Notes under the pieces: generated by a model
What the model was told of the DNA's origin: nothing
Database searches by the model: none
The model's input: only the letters and a program-made list of their open reading frames with translations
Position numbers and translations under genes: made by a program
NCBI RefSeq assembly: GCF_009834535.1
Contig: NC_045697.1
Coordinates: 111,106,001-111,170,000, forward strand
From: Camelus ferus
Taxonomy: Eukaryota
Direction of reading: 5' to 3'
Length of the DNA: 64,000 nt
Shown here: positions 36,440 through 49,490 of the stretch, in pieces
How the letters are laid out: each line of letters starts with the position of its first letter
Position numbering within the stretch: the first letter of the stretch is position 1

Positions 36440-36945
36440 AATTTTTTTTAAACATTTTTTATTGATTTATAATCATTTTACAATGTTGTGTCAAATTCCA
36501 GTGTTCAGCACAATTATTCAGTCATTCATGGACATATACACACTCATTGTCACATTTTTTTCTCTGTGAGTTATCATAACATTTTGTGTATATTTTCCTG
36601 TGCTATACAGTATAATCTTGTTTATCTATTCTACAATTTTGAAATCCCAGTCTATCCCTTCCCACCCTCCACCCCCCTGGCAACCACAAGTCTGTGTTCT
36701 ATGTCTATGAGTCTATTTCTGTCCTGTATTTACGCTTTGTTTTTGTTTGTTTGTTTGCTTTTGTTTTTATTTATACAATGGAATACTACTCAGCCATAAA
36801 AGCCGACAACATAATGCCATTTGCAGCAACATGGATGCTCCTGGAGAATGTCATTCTAAGTGAAGTAAGCCAGAAAGAGAAAGAAAAATACCATATGAGA
36901 TCACTCATATGTGGAATCTAAAAAACAAAAACAAAAACAAACAAA
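36440..36945 (-). mobile_element. Young camelid-type L1 3' fragment with 5' inversion
   Basis: Antisense 3'UTR 36440-36770 joined to the sense ORF2 end (YTMEYYSAIK..HMRSLICGI) 36771-36945; TSD cagcaactt at 36431-36439 and 36946-36954. Confidence 0.92.
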
Positions 36946-37913
36946 CAGCAACTTTAATTGACACACATGCAGTCCATAAAGAGTATAGGAAGATGGCAGA
37001 GAGAGAGAATAGAAATGGGCAGTTTCCAGGGAAATATTAATCCTATAATGAAATATAATCTCATTATTATAGGACATACATCACATTGTATTAGAATCTC
37101 ACTCGTTTAGAGATCATTTTTAGTTTTGGCCATGTGAACATAGGCAAGTCACATTTGCCCTAAACTCTCTCAAATTCACTTTCACTATCTATAAAATGAG
37201 AGGTTTGTGTGAAATGTTTCTAAGGTGACTTTTACCTCTGAACCTCTAAACGTTGGCACAAAACCAACATGTTATTTCTTTCTTAGATGTCATTTAATGA
37301 AAGGTTATTTACAGAGGGGTCTTCAAAGTGGTCATTCTGTGTTCTCAAAAATTAATTATCTCCATATTAACATTTAGAATGAGCAACATAATAAATCATT
37401 GAATATAGAATTTGTACGATATTGATTCTCTGTTTGGTGATGGAGTGATTTCTGTAAGCATTTCTCAGCCTTAATTACATGTAGTTTTTATCACATCATA
37501 CGTTGAATTAATATAATATGGTCACTGTGATACGGTTTCAGATTCCCCATTTTTTTCCTGTAAGTATCTACATGCATAGCATCTTGCTTGTGGGTTTAGA
37601 AGACAGGGCCCATTACTTATTACTTTACCACTGTAATCCCCCAACTATAAACATGAAGGAAAGGAAAAAAAGAAAGGAAAGGAGGAAGGAAAAAGAATAG
37701 ACCCCTTGGTCCACAAAAGTGTGTTTGGGGTGAGAAGGGGCAATGACAAGAGGAGCAGCCTGCGGAAGCCCCTAAAGGCTGGAGGACAATGACAGCTCCC
37801 TTCTACCCTACTGTCACTGTCCTGGAACCCCTGACAGTTCTAGTTCTCAGGTGGAGAAACTTTGACCTAGTGTCTAATTAATAAAATATTTTTCCAGAAA
37901 TTTACATTTCATT

Positions 37914-37939
37914 ACACACACACACACACACACACACAC
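37914..37939. repeat. (CA)n microsatellite
   Basis: Direct reading. Confidence 0.95.
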
Positions 37940-38810
37940 GGTAAAATAATGGAATTCCGATATTGAACTTATTTGCACATTTCTGAATACCTTTTCCCAA
38001 GAAGTTATACTGAGCTTTATTAATTTATTAGAAAAAAATACAGATTTTTGTGTCATATAAAATAATTGGCAAACTGGTTGCTGAACGATTCATAATATTA
38101 ACTTTTATCTTAAACTTTCAAAAATTTAAACTTTCAACATGTCAAGCATTGTATTTTTTGCTTTTAATAGACAGAGAAATAAGAAGCTCTCCAGAGAAAA
38201 ATTCTGTGCAAGCAAAATGTGTTCCAAAAAGGCTTGTGAAACTCCATTTGATATTGTTATCTACTAAGAGAGAGAATGCAATCATCATTTGATAAAGCCC
38301 AAAGAAAACTTGATGGTCTCAGATAAAATGAGTGATCTTTACAAAGGAAAAGTACTTCACAGAAGCCGGAAACTGGGATACCAAAGGGAGGAAACTGGTA
38401 CTAGAATATTTCACTTAATGACTGTGTGACAAGTCCATCACAGGTCATTATTTATAGGTCATTTTCCTGTCAATTGTAGGAATCCTGGCCTTAATCATTA
38501 GTGTCAACACACACTTCCGTATAAAAACTTCCAACATGATACAGATAATTCTGAGAAACACGATATGTGTTCTGACAATTTTGTGCTTTCCTTTTGACTC
38601 TGAATTTGCCAAGATATTTCCTGTTAACTCCTTGGCATGAGCGTTTTCAAGTGTCTGTTACTGATGCCAGCACTGGGTGTCATGCTGGGAAAATCCAGTT
38701 TTTGAAAGGAAAATTACAAAGCCTTGTGGTCAGCATTAAATTTAAAGGAACATCATGCTGCTTTTAAATACATTTCCACAATTAGATATTTCATTATTTT
38801 AGACAGAATT

Positions 38811-41800
38811 TCTTTTTTAATATCTTTACTGAGGTATAATTGACATACAAAGAACAGCTCATATTTAATGTACACAATTTGATGAGTTTGGACATACGCA
38901 AACCCCTGGGTATCACCACAATCAAGATAACAGGCATACCAAACATCTCCCAAAGTTTCCCAGTGTTTTGTTTTTTGTTCTGTTTTGTATGGTGGTAAGA
39001 ACACTTAACTTGAGTTCTTCCCTCTTAACACATTTTTAAGTGCACAATACTGTATTGTTAGCTCTCAGCACTGTGTGTACAGCATCTCGAGAATGTATTC
39101 ATCTAGCATAAGTGAAATTTTATGCCCCTTGAACAACTCATCTCTTCCATCCTCAGCCCTGGTAATTACTATCATATTCTCTACTACTATAAATTCAACT
39201 ACTTTAGATATCTCATATAAGTGAAATTATGAAGTAACTGCCGTTCTGTGACTAGCTTATTTCACTTAGCATAATGTCCTGTACGTTCATCCATCCTGTC
39301 ACAAATGGCAGAATTTCCTTCTTTTTAAGACTGAGTAATACTCTTTTGTATGTCTGTACCACATTTTCTTTACCTGTTCATCAGTCAGTAGACAGCTGGG
39401 TTGTTTCCATGTCTTGGCTATTATAAATAATGCTGCAACAAACATGAGTGTGAAGATGCCTGCTCAAGATCCTGATTTCAATTCTTTTGGATATATACCA
39501 GAAGCAGGATCTCCAGATCATATGGGTAGTTCTAATTTTCATTTTTTTGAGGACCCTCCACACTGTTTCCACAGCTGCCGCACTATTTTACAGCTCAAGG
39601 AAGAGTGTGCAGGGCTCCAGTTTCTCCACATCCTTGCCAGCTCTTCTTATCTTTTGTTTTTATGATAATAGCCATCCTGACAGGTGTGAGGTAATAACTC
39701 ATTGTAGTTTTGATTTGAATTTCCCTAAAAATTAGGGAATTGATAGTGAGCATCTTTTCATATACATTTTGGCCATTTGTATGTCTACTATGAAGAAATG
39801 TCTGTTCAAGTCTATGGCCCATTTTGTAGTCAGGTTATCTGGGGGGGGGGGTTGCTGTTAAATTGTAGGATTTCCCTATGTAATTTAACAGATATATGAT
39901 ATGCAAATATTTTCTCCCATGCTGTCGGTTGCCTTTTCACGCTGTTAATTGTTTCCTTTGCTACGACATAAGCTTTTCAGCTTGATGTAGTCCCACTTGT
40001 CTATTTTTGCTTTCATTGCCTGTGCTTTTGGTGTCACATCCAAGAAATGATTGTTGAGACCAATGTCAAGATTTTCCCCTATGTTTTCTTCTAGGAGCAT
40101 TACAGTTTCAGATCTTACATACAAGTCTTTAATCCATTTTGAGTTGATTTTTATGTAAAGTGTAAGATAAAAATCTAATTTCATTCTTTTGCAATGGGAA
40201 TATCCAGTTTTTCTAACACCATTTGTTGAAGAGACTATCCTTTCCCCACTGTGTATTCTTGGCACCCTTGGCAAAGATCAGTTGACTGTATATGTATGGA
40301 TTGATTTCTGGGCTCTCTATTCCATTCAGTTGATCTATGTGTATATAAACATGAAACTGTACCATACTGTTTTAATTACTGTGCCTTTGTAATATATTTC
40401 AAAATTAGGAATTCAGAAATCTCCCACATTCTTCTTTCTCAAGGTTGTTTTGGTGATGGTGGGTTTTTGTGGTTCAATGTAAATTTTAGGATTGTTTTTC
40501 CTATTTCTATTAAAAAAATGCCATTTGGAGTTTGATGGGGATTACTTTGAATCTGTAGATCACTTTTGGGTAGCATGGGAATTTTAATGATATTAAGTCC
40601 TCCAATCCATGTACACAGGATATCTTTCCACTTGCTGTGTCTCCTTTCATTTCTTTCATCAGTGTTTTGTAGTTTTCAGTGTCCAAGTCTTTTAGTCCCT
40701 TGTTTAAGTTTATTCCTAAGGACTTTTTCTTTTTGGTGCCATTGTAAATAAAGTTGTTTTCTTAAGAAATTTCTTTTTTGAATAATTTATTATCAGTGTA
40801 TGGAAATACAACTGGTTTTTCTATGTTGATTATTTGTATTCTGCAACTTTACTGAATTTGCTTGTTAATTCTAACAGTTGGTGGGTATTTTGTGGAGACA
40901 TAAAATCACGTCATCTGCAAACAGAAATAATTTTACCCTTTCTTTTCTGATTTGGATGCTTTTTATTTGTTTTTCTTGCCTAATTTTTCTGGCTAGAGCT
41001 TCCGGTATTATATTGAATAGAAGTGGCAAGAGAGGGTATCCTTATCTTATTCCTGATCTTAAAGAAAAAGCTTTCAGCTTTTCATCTTTGAGTATGATGT
41101 CAACTATGGGCTTATAATATATGGCCTTTATTATGTTGTAGTACATTCCTTCTATACCTAATTTGTTGATATGTTTTTCATGAAAGGATGTCAAATTTTG
41201 TCAAATGCTTTTTCTGCATCCATTGAGATGATGATTTGATTTTTCCCCATCATTCTGTTTTCTGATGTATCATATATGTTGATTTATATATGTTAAATAT
41301 TACACCCCAGGGATTTATCCCACTTGATCATGGTGCATTTGCTGTTGAATTCAGTTTGCTAGTGTTTTGTTGAGAACTTAACGTATCTGTATTGATCAGG
41401 GATATGCTTGGAGTGTAATTTTTTTTTCCTGTAGTGTCTCTGTCTTGATTGGTATCAGAGTAATGCTAGCCTCATAAAATGAGTTTGAAGTATCCCTTCC
41501 TCTTCAATTCTTTGGAAGAGTTTGAGAAGTCTTGGCATTAATTCTTCCTTAAACATTTGGTAGAAGTTGCTAGTGAAGCCATCTGGTCCTGGGTTTTTCT
41601 TTGTTGTGAGTTTTTGACTTCTGACTCAATCTCCTTACTCAGTCTTTTCAGATTTTCTATTTCTTCATGATTCAGTCACAGTAAATTTTATGTTTAGGAA
41701 TTTACTCATTTCATCAAAGTTATTCAATTTTTTTGGTTATAATTGTTCATAGTAGTCTCTTATGATCACTTTTATTTCTGTGCATCAGTTGTTCTGTCAG

Positions 41801-44800
41801 CTGTTTTATTTCTGATTTTATTAATTTGAGTTTTCTCTTTTTTTTCTTAGTCTAGCTGAAGGTTTGTCCATTTTTTTAATCTTTTCAAAAAACCAAGTCT
41901 TAGTTTTGTTGATTTTTTTCTATTATTTTCCTACTCTTTGTTTTTTGTCTGCTCTTGTGTTTATTATTTCCTTCCTTATGATAAGTTTGGGCTTAGTTTG
42001 TTCTTCTTTTTCTAGTTCCTTGAGGTATAAATTTAGGTCATTTATCTGAGATCTATCTTCTTTTTAATGTAAGCATTTGTTGCTGTAAATTTCCTTCTTA
42101 GAACTGCCTTTGCCAAATTCCACAAGTTTTGGTCTATTGTGTTTTTATTTTTATTTGTTTCAAGATATTTTCTGATTTTCCTTTTGATTTCTTCTTGGGT
42201 CCATTGGTTGTTTAGAGCGTGTTTTTTAACTTCCACATATTTGTGAATTTTACAATTTTTCTTCTGTTATTTAGTTTCATACCATTGTAATCAGAAAAAA
42301 TATTTGGTATAATTTTTGTCTTCCTACATTTGTTAAGAGTTGTTTTGTGACCTGACATATGTATGTCCTGGAAATATCCCATGTGTGCTTGGGGAAAATG
42401 TGTTATCTGATGCTGTTGAGTGGAATGTTCTGTGTATGTCTGTTAGGCATTTGGTTTATAGTGTTGTTCAAGTCTGCTATGGCCATACTGATTATTTTCT
42501 GTCTGAATATTCTATCTATTGTTGAAACTGGGATATTGAAGTAACCTAGTATTATTGTATTGCTGTCTATTTCTCCTTTCAATTTTTTTAGTTTTGTTAA
42601 TATTTGCTTCATATATTCATGTGCTCTAATGTTGGATACATACATAATTCATAACTGTTGTATCTTTCTGATGAATTGGAAGATATATACTCACACACAC
42701 ACACATATATATATATACTTTATATATATATATACTTTATATCTTTTATTATTATATAATATCCTTCCTTGTCCCATGTGACAGTGTTTGACTTAAGGTC
42801 TATTTTGTCTTTTACAAATACAGCTACCCCTTCTCTTTTCTGGTTACCATTTGCATGGAATATATTTTTCCATCCATTCACTTTCAGCTCCTGTATCCTT
42901 AATTCTAAAGAGAATCTCTTGTAGACAGAATATAATCTGGTCTTCTTTTATTATCCATCCACCCACTCTATGTTTTTTGATTGGAGAGTTTAGTTCATTT
43001 ATGTTTAAAGTGATTATTGATTGGAAAAGATTTACTATTGATATTTTGTGAGTTGTTTTCAGTCTGTTTTGTAGTTCTTTTGTTCCTCTTTTCCTCTCTT
43101 GTCCTCCTTTGTTTTGTTAATTTTTATAGCAATATTCTTTATCATTTATATGGCAATTACCATGAGTATTACATAAAACATCTTATTGCTAATAATAGTT
43201 ATAATAGTTGATTTTAAACTGATAACAATTCAACAGCAATCACATAAAAAAACTGTATACTTTCACCTTCCCCCCAACATGCTTCATGTTATGGGTAACA
43301 AAATGTGCATCTTTTTATATTGTGAATCCATTAGCAAATTTTCTAGTCATAGTTTTTCTTAATATTTTTGTTTTATAGCTTCTATACTAAGATTAGAAAT
43401 GGTTTACACACCATTATTATAGTGTTACAGTATTCTGTATTTGTTTATGTATTTACCATTATACTTGTATAGGTTTTCATATTACTAATTCTCATCCTTT
43501 CATTTCAGATTAAAGAACTCACTATGGCATTGTTGTAAAATAAGTCTAGTGGTGACATATTTTCTCAGCTTCTGTTTGTCTGGGAATCTATCTTGCCTTC
43601 ATTTTTGAAGGACAGTTCTGCTGAGTATAGTATTTTTGATTGGCTGTATTTTTTTTTATTCTTTCAACACAATGTATATAGAATATATTATCATCCCACT
43701 CCTTTTGTCTTGCTAGGTTACTGCTGAGAAATCATGTTCCTTTGTACATGATGAGTCATTTTTCTCTTACTGCTTTCAAAATTCTTTGTCTGTGACTTTT
43801 GACAATATGATTATAATGTATCTCAGTATAGACTCCTTGAGGTTCTTCCTGTTTGGGTCCTGTTGGCTACATGAATCTGGATGTTCTTTTCCTCCCTCAG
43901 ATTTGGGAGATTTTCAACATTATTTCTTTAAATTAGTTTTCTTACTCTTCCTCTCACTTCTTCTGAGGGCCCCATGATGTGTATATTAGTTTGCTTGATT
44001 ATGTCCTATGAGTCTCATAGGCTTTCTTTACTCTTTTCCATTTGTTCTTCTACTCCTCTGACTTGTTAATTTCCAATGACATATCTTTGAGTCCATTGGT
44101 TCTTTTTTCTGCGTGATGGAGTCTGATGTTGAAGCTCTCTATTGAATTTTTCAAAGCAGTTGCCTTCTTCAGCACCAGAATTTATGTTTGGTACTTTTAT
44201 GTGATTTTTGTTTGTTGATAGTCTCATGCTTTTCATATATTGTTTTCTTGATTTTGTTTATTTGTCTATCTGTGTCTTTTGTAGTTCACTGAGCTTCTTT
44301 TTAAGACAATTATTTTGAATTCTCCATCAGGCAATTCGTAGATCTCTGTTTTTTTGTGGTGAGCTACTGGAGGTTTCTTTTGTTCTTTTGATAGTGTCAC
44401 AGTTACCTGGTTCATCATGCTCCTCTATAGCATTGCGCTTATGTCTGCCCTTTGGAAGAAGCATCTACCTCTTCCAGTCTTCATGGGCTGGTTTCAGCAG
44501 GTAAAGACCTTCACTAATAAGCTTGGCTAAAGACTCTGGGAGCCTCTCAAACATTTTCTGTAGATGTACACTCCATTCCTTTTCCTCCCGTCTGGGAGAG
44601 AGGTTTCAGGTTTGCATACCTTCTCTCAATCTCACAGAGCCATGCAGACCATTGTGACACAGCTTCTTTTCTTAGGACAGTGCACTGAAATGCTGCGATG
44701 TTGGGTACAAGCTCTACTTCTGTCCCTTCCTCCTGAAGGAGAGAATTATGGGGTGTGATCCTTCTCCTTACTCCACAGAGCTGCTTCAGCTGCTAAGAGC

Positions 44801-45461
44801 CACTCACCCCTTTTCCATAGGGCAGTGGACCAAAATGCCCAGATGATGGATGTACACTCTACTTCTCTTCCTTTCTCTTGAGGGAAAAAAATCTCAGGAT
44901 TGTGTACCTTCAATCAGTGCTGTAGAGGAGCTCAGGCTGCTGAAAGCTGCCTGCCCCTTTTCCCTAGGGGTTTGTGCTGGAATGCCAAGAAGTTGGATGC
45001 ATGTTCCACATCTCTCTCTGAAGCCTCAGCATTGTGCACCTTCTCTCAATACCATGCAGGATGCTGAGTACCCCTGCCCCTTTTCTTTGTTAGCTGCCCA
45101 ACAGTTCTGACTATGCTCTGAGTGAGGTAAGACAGAAGCAGTTCTCTTGGGCAGCACTCTGAAAGGCTCGGGGTATCTAATGCATGCTTTACTCTTTCCC
45201 CTGATAAAGAAATCAGGGGCAGGGTGGATCTCTCTCAGCACTAAGCTGTGCTGGCTTGGGGAAGGGGCTGACATGGGATAAGTGAAACTGCTCTGCTTAA
45301 CCATTTCAAAGTGTCTTTTCTCGATTTTGTTCTCATCTCAGGTGTTGCAACTTCTTGCCTGGATTCTGGAGTTCTCATAAAATACCTTTATTAAATATTG
45401 TTTCATTGCTGTTTCTGCAGGGGGTAATAAGAGTGGAGACTTCCTATTCTACCCTGCATCA
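38811..45461 (-). mobile_element. Near-full-length old LINE-1 (L1MA9-like 3' end): 5'UTR, ORF1, ORF2, 3'UTR; all ORFs disrupted
   Basis: ORF2 fragments at 39595-39822, 39945-40274 (KINSKWIKDL..KIDKWDYIKLKS), 42042-42236, 42403-42645 (endonuclease: LKGEIDSNTIILGYFN); 5' end reads ...gtagaataggaagtctcc on the minus strand; TSD tagacagaatt at 38800-38810 and 45462-45472. Confidence 0.95.
44563..45090 (-). repeat. About 3.7 diverged tandem monomers of ~145 bp in the L1 5'UTR
   Basis: Landmarks recur: aatgc near 44689, 44834 and 44981; ctctacttc at 44712 and 44857; ccccttttc at 44807, 44954 and 45077. Confidence 0.85.
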
Positions 45462-47339
45462 TAGACAGAATTACTGAAAATTTTCTTTCATTACTTGTTT
45501 TCCTTTAGTGGGATTGTCTTTTCCCTCTCAGCAATTATTTCATGAGTAAAAGAGATAAAATTATTTTGCTGCTATGTGCTATGAACTTCAGGAAGAACTG
45601 ACGTGTCTCAAAAGCAACAGCAACAGAATCTTCTGTGTGATCATGGTAGTTAATACTCTTAAGAAGTAAATGCATTTCCAGGTATAATTAGCTATAATAA
45701 GTATTTGGAAAATGCTTCCTCAGCTGATAAGAAAGGGAGTCCCTTTTTAAAGCATTATATGGCACCGTCTCAAAGTTACCTATTTTTAGACAAAACCACA
45801 GAAGGTTTTTAGATATATAAAGAAGAGATAAAGAGCTCTTCCTGGCTTCTGTCTTATCTGGACTGGGGCACTGAGGATGTGGGTGGTGGATCAGTTAGCA
45901 ATTCAAAGAAAATTACTGTTTCAAGATGAATTATATTGAAGTTTTCTCATCAGCATAATATTTTCTAAGAGATGTTAATAAGATTGTAAGTGCTTATGCC
46001 ACCTGGAAGAATCTAGGTTTCAAATTAACATGATAGTTCACAAGTAATTTGAGGTATACATGCATTATGGGAAAGTATACTTTACAAATCAAGAACATAA
46101 TTAATAAGAGAAAATTACCACTTGGATGAGCTGGAAGAAAAAAATAGAGAATAAAGAAGTCAAAGACCCAAGAAACAAATACTATCATTTTAATTTAATG
46201 ATTTACAAAACACAAAATACAACAGATCCCTAACTAGCTCTCCAACAAGATAAGAAATTAATTTTATAAATATGTACTTTACATATTTCTAAATACTCCT
46301 CAATTAACACTGCAGAAAAAAATTTAATAAACATGATGAGAATTAATCATATAATCAAAAGATAAAATCTACACAGGATACAAAGCTGTAACTATAATTT
46401 AGCCAAATTTCATTAAGCAGTTGACCAGAAGTACTGAATGCTTTTGCTGGAATCAGTATTGTGAAAACTACTCTGGGAATTATAAAATATTAGGCAAAGA
46501 ATCTTTAAAATTTCAGGATGGGGATTCAAATCCATTAAGCATGTATCTAGCACGTACTACACAGTAAGCGTTGTACTAGTTGTGGGGTACATGGATGACT
46601 AAGGCATGGTCCCCATCATGGGGCTTTCAGTGCCATAACTGAGAAACCAGTACAATGCAATAGGAAGCTATCACAGTGATACAAATAGGAAAAATGTGGG
46701 AAGAATTTCCCAGGAAAAGCTAAGTTTCAGTGGCTCTAAATCTGTGTTTCTCAACCTTAAATCTCATGTTCTCATTTAACTTCATTTGAAAGTTCCAAAA
46801 GTACAAAATAATGTCACAAATGTGAAAACAACAGCAATTTTAACCCGGCCTTGCTCAGATTATGCACACATTTCTTGAGATTTTACTCTGCCATCTTTAG
46901 GATTACACCTTTTTCCTCAAGAATCACTATACTAGACTCAGATTAGATTTGCATAAAGAAAATAATTAACATATAGAGTATGTTTAGGCTTAAAGTAAAT
47001 TTACGTGCTACAGTGGATGTCTACTCACCTTTATCACCCTGCCTCAAAACCTTATTTCTGAAGGTCTGAAGAGATTTTTATTATGCCGAAACCTAGAGGG
47101 TGGGCCGTAGGCAAATACTTAACAAGTAGGGCTCCCGGCCATCATGGTGTCTTTGTGCTGCAGTAACCCCTGCCCCTACAATGGTTTCTTCGGTGGCAAG
47201 CTAGTTACTCAATAACTCTTTGTAATTAGCATCATCCCTTTTTGTAGACCTGACATTTTAACCTCAACAGCTTTTCCTACCAACCCACACAGGCAGAGCC
47301 GTTTTCAGGTGCTTATTACATGTCCCACCCTCACTTGTT

Positions 47340-47784
47340 ACATTACTACAAATGTAGTGGCTTAAGACAACAAGAATATATTCTCTTACAGCTTTGGAGG
47401 TCTAAAGTCCAAAATGAATCTTAAAGGGGTCAACATCAAGGCGTCTGCAGTGCCGGTTACTTCTGAAGGCTTCCGAGGAGAGTATGTTCCTTGCCTTTTC
47501 CAGCGCCTGCAGGCTGCCAGCGCTCCTTGGCTCCTGGTCACATCACTGCAGCCTCTGCTTGTATTGTAGCATCGCTCTTACTACTACCCTGACTCTTCCT
47601 GCATCTTTCTTGTCAGGACCCTTATGACTGCACTGAGTCTGCCTGGGTAATCAAGGGCCAGTTCCTCACTTCAAGGTTTCTTAATCTCATCAGTGAAGTA
47701 CCTTTCGCTGCGTGAGTTAACATATCCACAGCTTCAGAGTGACAGGGCATGGACATCTTTCTAGCCATTATTCTGCCCACCACA
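47340..47784 (-). mobile_element. MLT1B/C-like MaLR solo LTR
   Basis: gtggcttaagacaacaagaatatattctcttacagctttggaggtctaaagtccaaaat...tccttgccttttccagc...ggacatctttctagccattattctgcccaccaca. Confidence 0.9.
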
Positions 47785-48824
47785 GTAGGCTGTCTTGAGG
47801 TGAGGTTTTGCCAGGTCCTCCTGTGCCGGAGAGAAGCTCTTGCCCTGAGGGAGGAAGGGTGCGGAGAAGCTATGCTGTGATCTGGCCCAGGTCACTTCAG
47901 TCCCCTACAGACAGTACTTCATCTCACCCGCCATGTCCAAAACTCTCTGACTGAGGGAACTACGGGCTAATTTCCAATTTTATTTTTGCAGTTTTCTCTG
48001 ATTCGGAATGTTCCTGAGAAATGTCATGTGATATCTAAATTGAATATAAAGTAGTCCTGACTTCTTACAAAACAAAAATAAAAGAACTCTCAGGTTGATT
48101 AGCTGGACATTTCATCAAATCCTTTTGTTTAAATAAAATGTTAATCAGTAAGTTCTCCTGCATCCAAATGGCAGGACAGTGTCTATAGTTACATAAAAGA
48201 TTACCTTGAAACATTAGGCCAGGATGCTCATGAACTTCACTGGAACAATAGCAGGGGTTTATTTTACAATGTGCTTTGTACCATTGAGAAAGAGACGTGA
48301 CGTCAATACTGAACTATGTATTAAGGGCCGACTTTAATTTTAAAAGTCGCAATTAATGTGTTTCAAATAAAAGGAGATCTTCAAAAGAACACATTTAGTT
48401 AATAATAAGAACAAAATTCAAGTTCTGCCCTTCTTGGTTTATCTGAATTTAGATTCAACTCCCCAGAGGAAGTGGTGGAAACAGGTAGGATAAATGTTCC
48501 CAAAGAAATAATGACTCATTTGGAAGTTTATAATTAAAATCTGGGCCAGGCATATCCAACAGACCTACCAAAGTGAGCTCAACAGCCTTTTTTTCCAGAG
48601 CAATAGACTGTGTAAGCTCGCCACGTAAAAAGCAACTTTTTTAAAAAATTGGATGAACATAATGATCTTTCATTCACGATATCTTTAAGAATGGATGATC
48701 ACAGCAAGACTTCTCCTAGTCTTGGTTTATTCTTGGGGGCGGGGGGAATAAACCAAATCCACTGCAAAAGAAGGCAACTGATTCACTGAAGCCATCAGGT
48801 GGTCAACATTTAATAAATATCCAC

Positions 48825-49490
48825 ATCATTCATTAACTCACCAAACTAAGCGCTTAGCACATGCCCAGCCACGTTCTGGGTGCTGCAGATGTAAAAGTGA
48901 ACAGGAGTGGAAGAACACTCATCCGCATGGAACTTACAGAGTGGAGATTCAGACATATAATACCTAAATAGCAATTAATACTTAAATAACAATACTTATT
49001 TAACTGTCACATGAGAAATTGTTACACGTACAATGTTTCATGTACATTGAAAAAAAATTAAAGCAAACTAAATAATTAAGTTACGATGGTTGGGGTAGGG
49101 GTATTTTCGATAGAGTGAGTGATACCTTTCCAGGGGCCTGAAGGAAGTGAAGCTGCTGGTCACGTGAGGATCCAGAGAAAGTACATTCCAAGCAGAGGGG
49201 ACCACCGGGTGAAGCCAGCTCCTGATACGGGAAAGAGTTCAATGAGCTCAGGAAGGAGGGAAGCCAGTGCAGCTGGCCAGAGTGCGCAGAGCAAGAGTGG
49301 GAGGAGGAGTGAAGGTCTGGGTAGCCTGGGACCGTGAACTTGAAGTTTATCCAGAGGACAATGGGAATCCTTGGAGACTTTTCAACAGAGAAAGAACATG
49401 ATTGATTTCTGTTGTTAAAAATTCACTCTAGTTGTTATGTGATGGATTACGTAGGACCCAAGAGTAGATGCAAAGAGAAGGTAGAGACAT
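48825..49490 (-). mobile_element. L2 fragment
   Basis: cattcattaactcaccaaactaagcgcttagcacatgcccagccacgttctgggtgctg...agtacattccaagcagagggga...gacaatgggaatccttggagacttttcaacag. Confidence 0.85.

Noticed and set aside
38811..45461. Full-length L1 as a potentially active element
   Set aside because: ORF1 and ORF2 are broken into many short frames with stops, indels and an internal microsatellite
47085..47235. Possible small hAT (MER63-like) relic, with a similar hint near 57105-57190
   Set aside because: Too decayed to assign family or boundaries by eye
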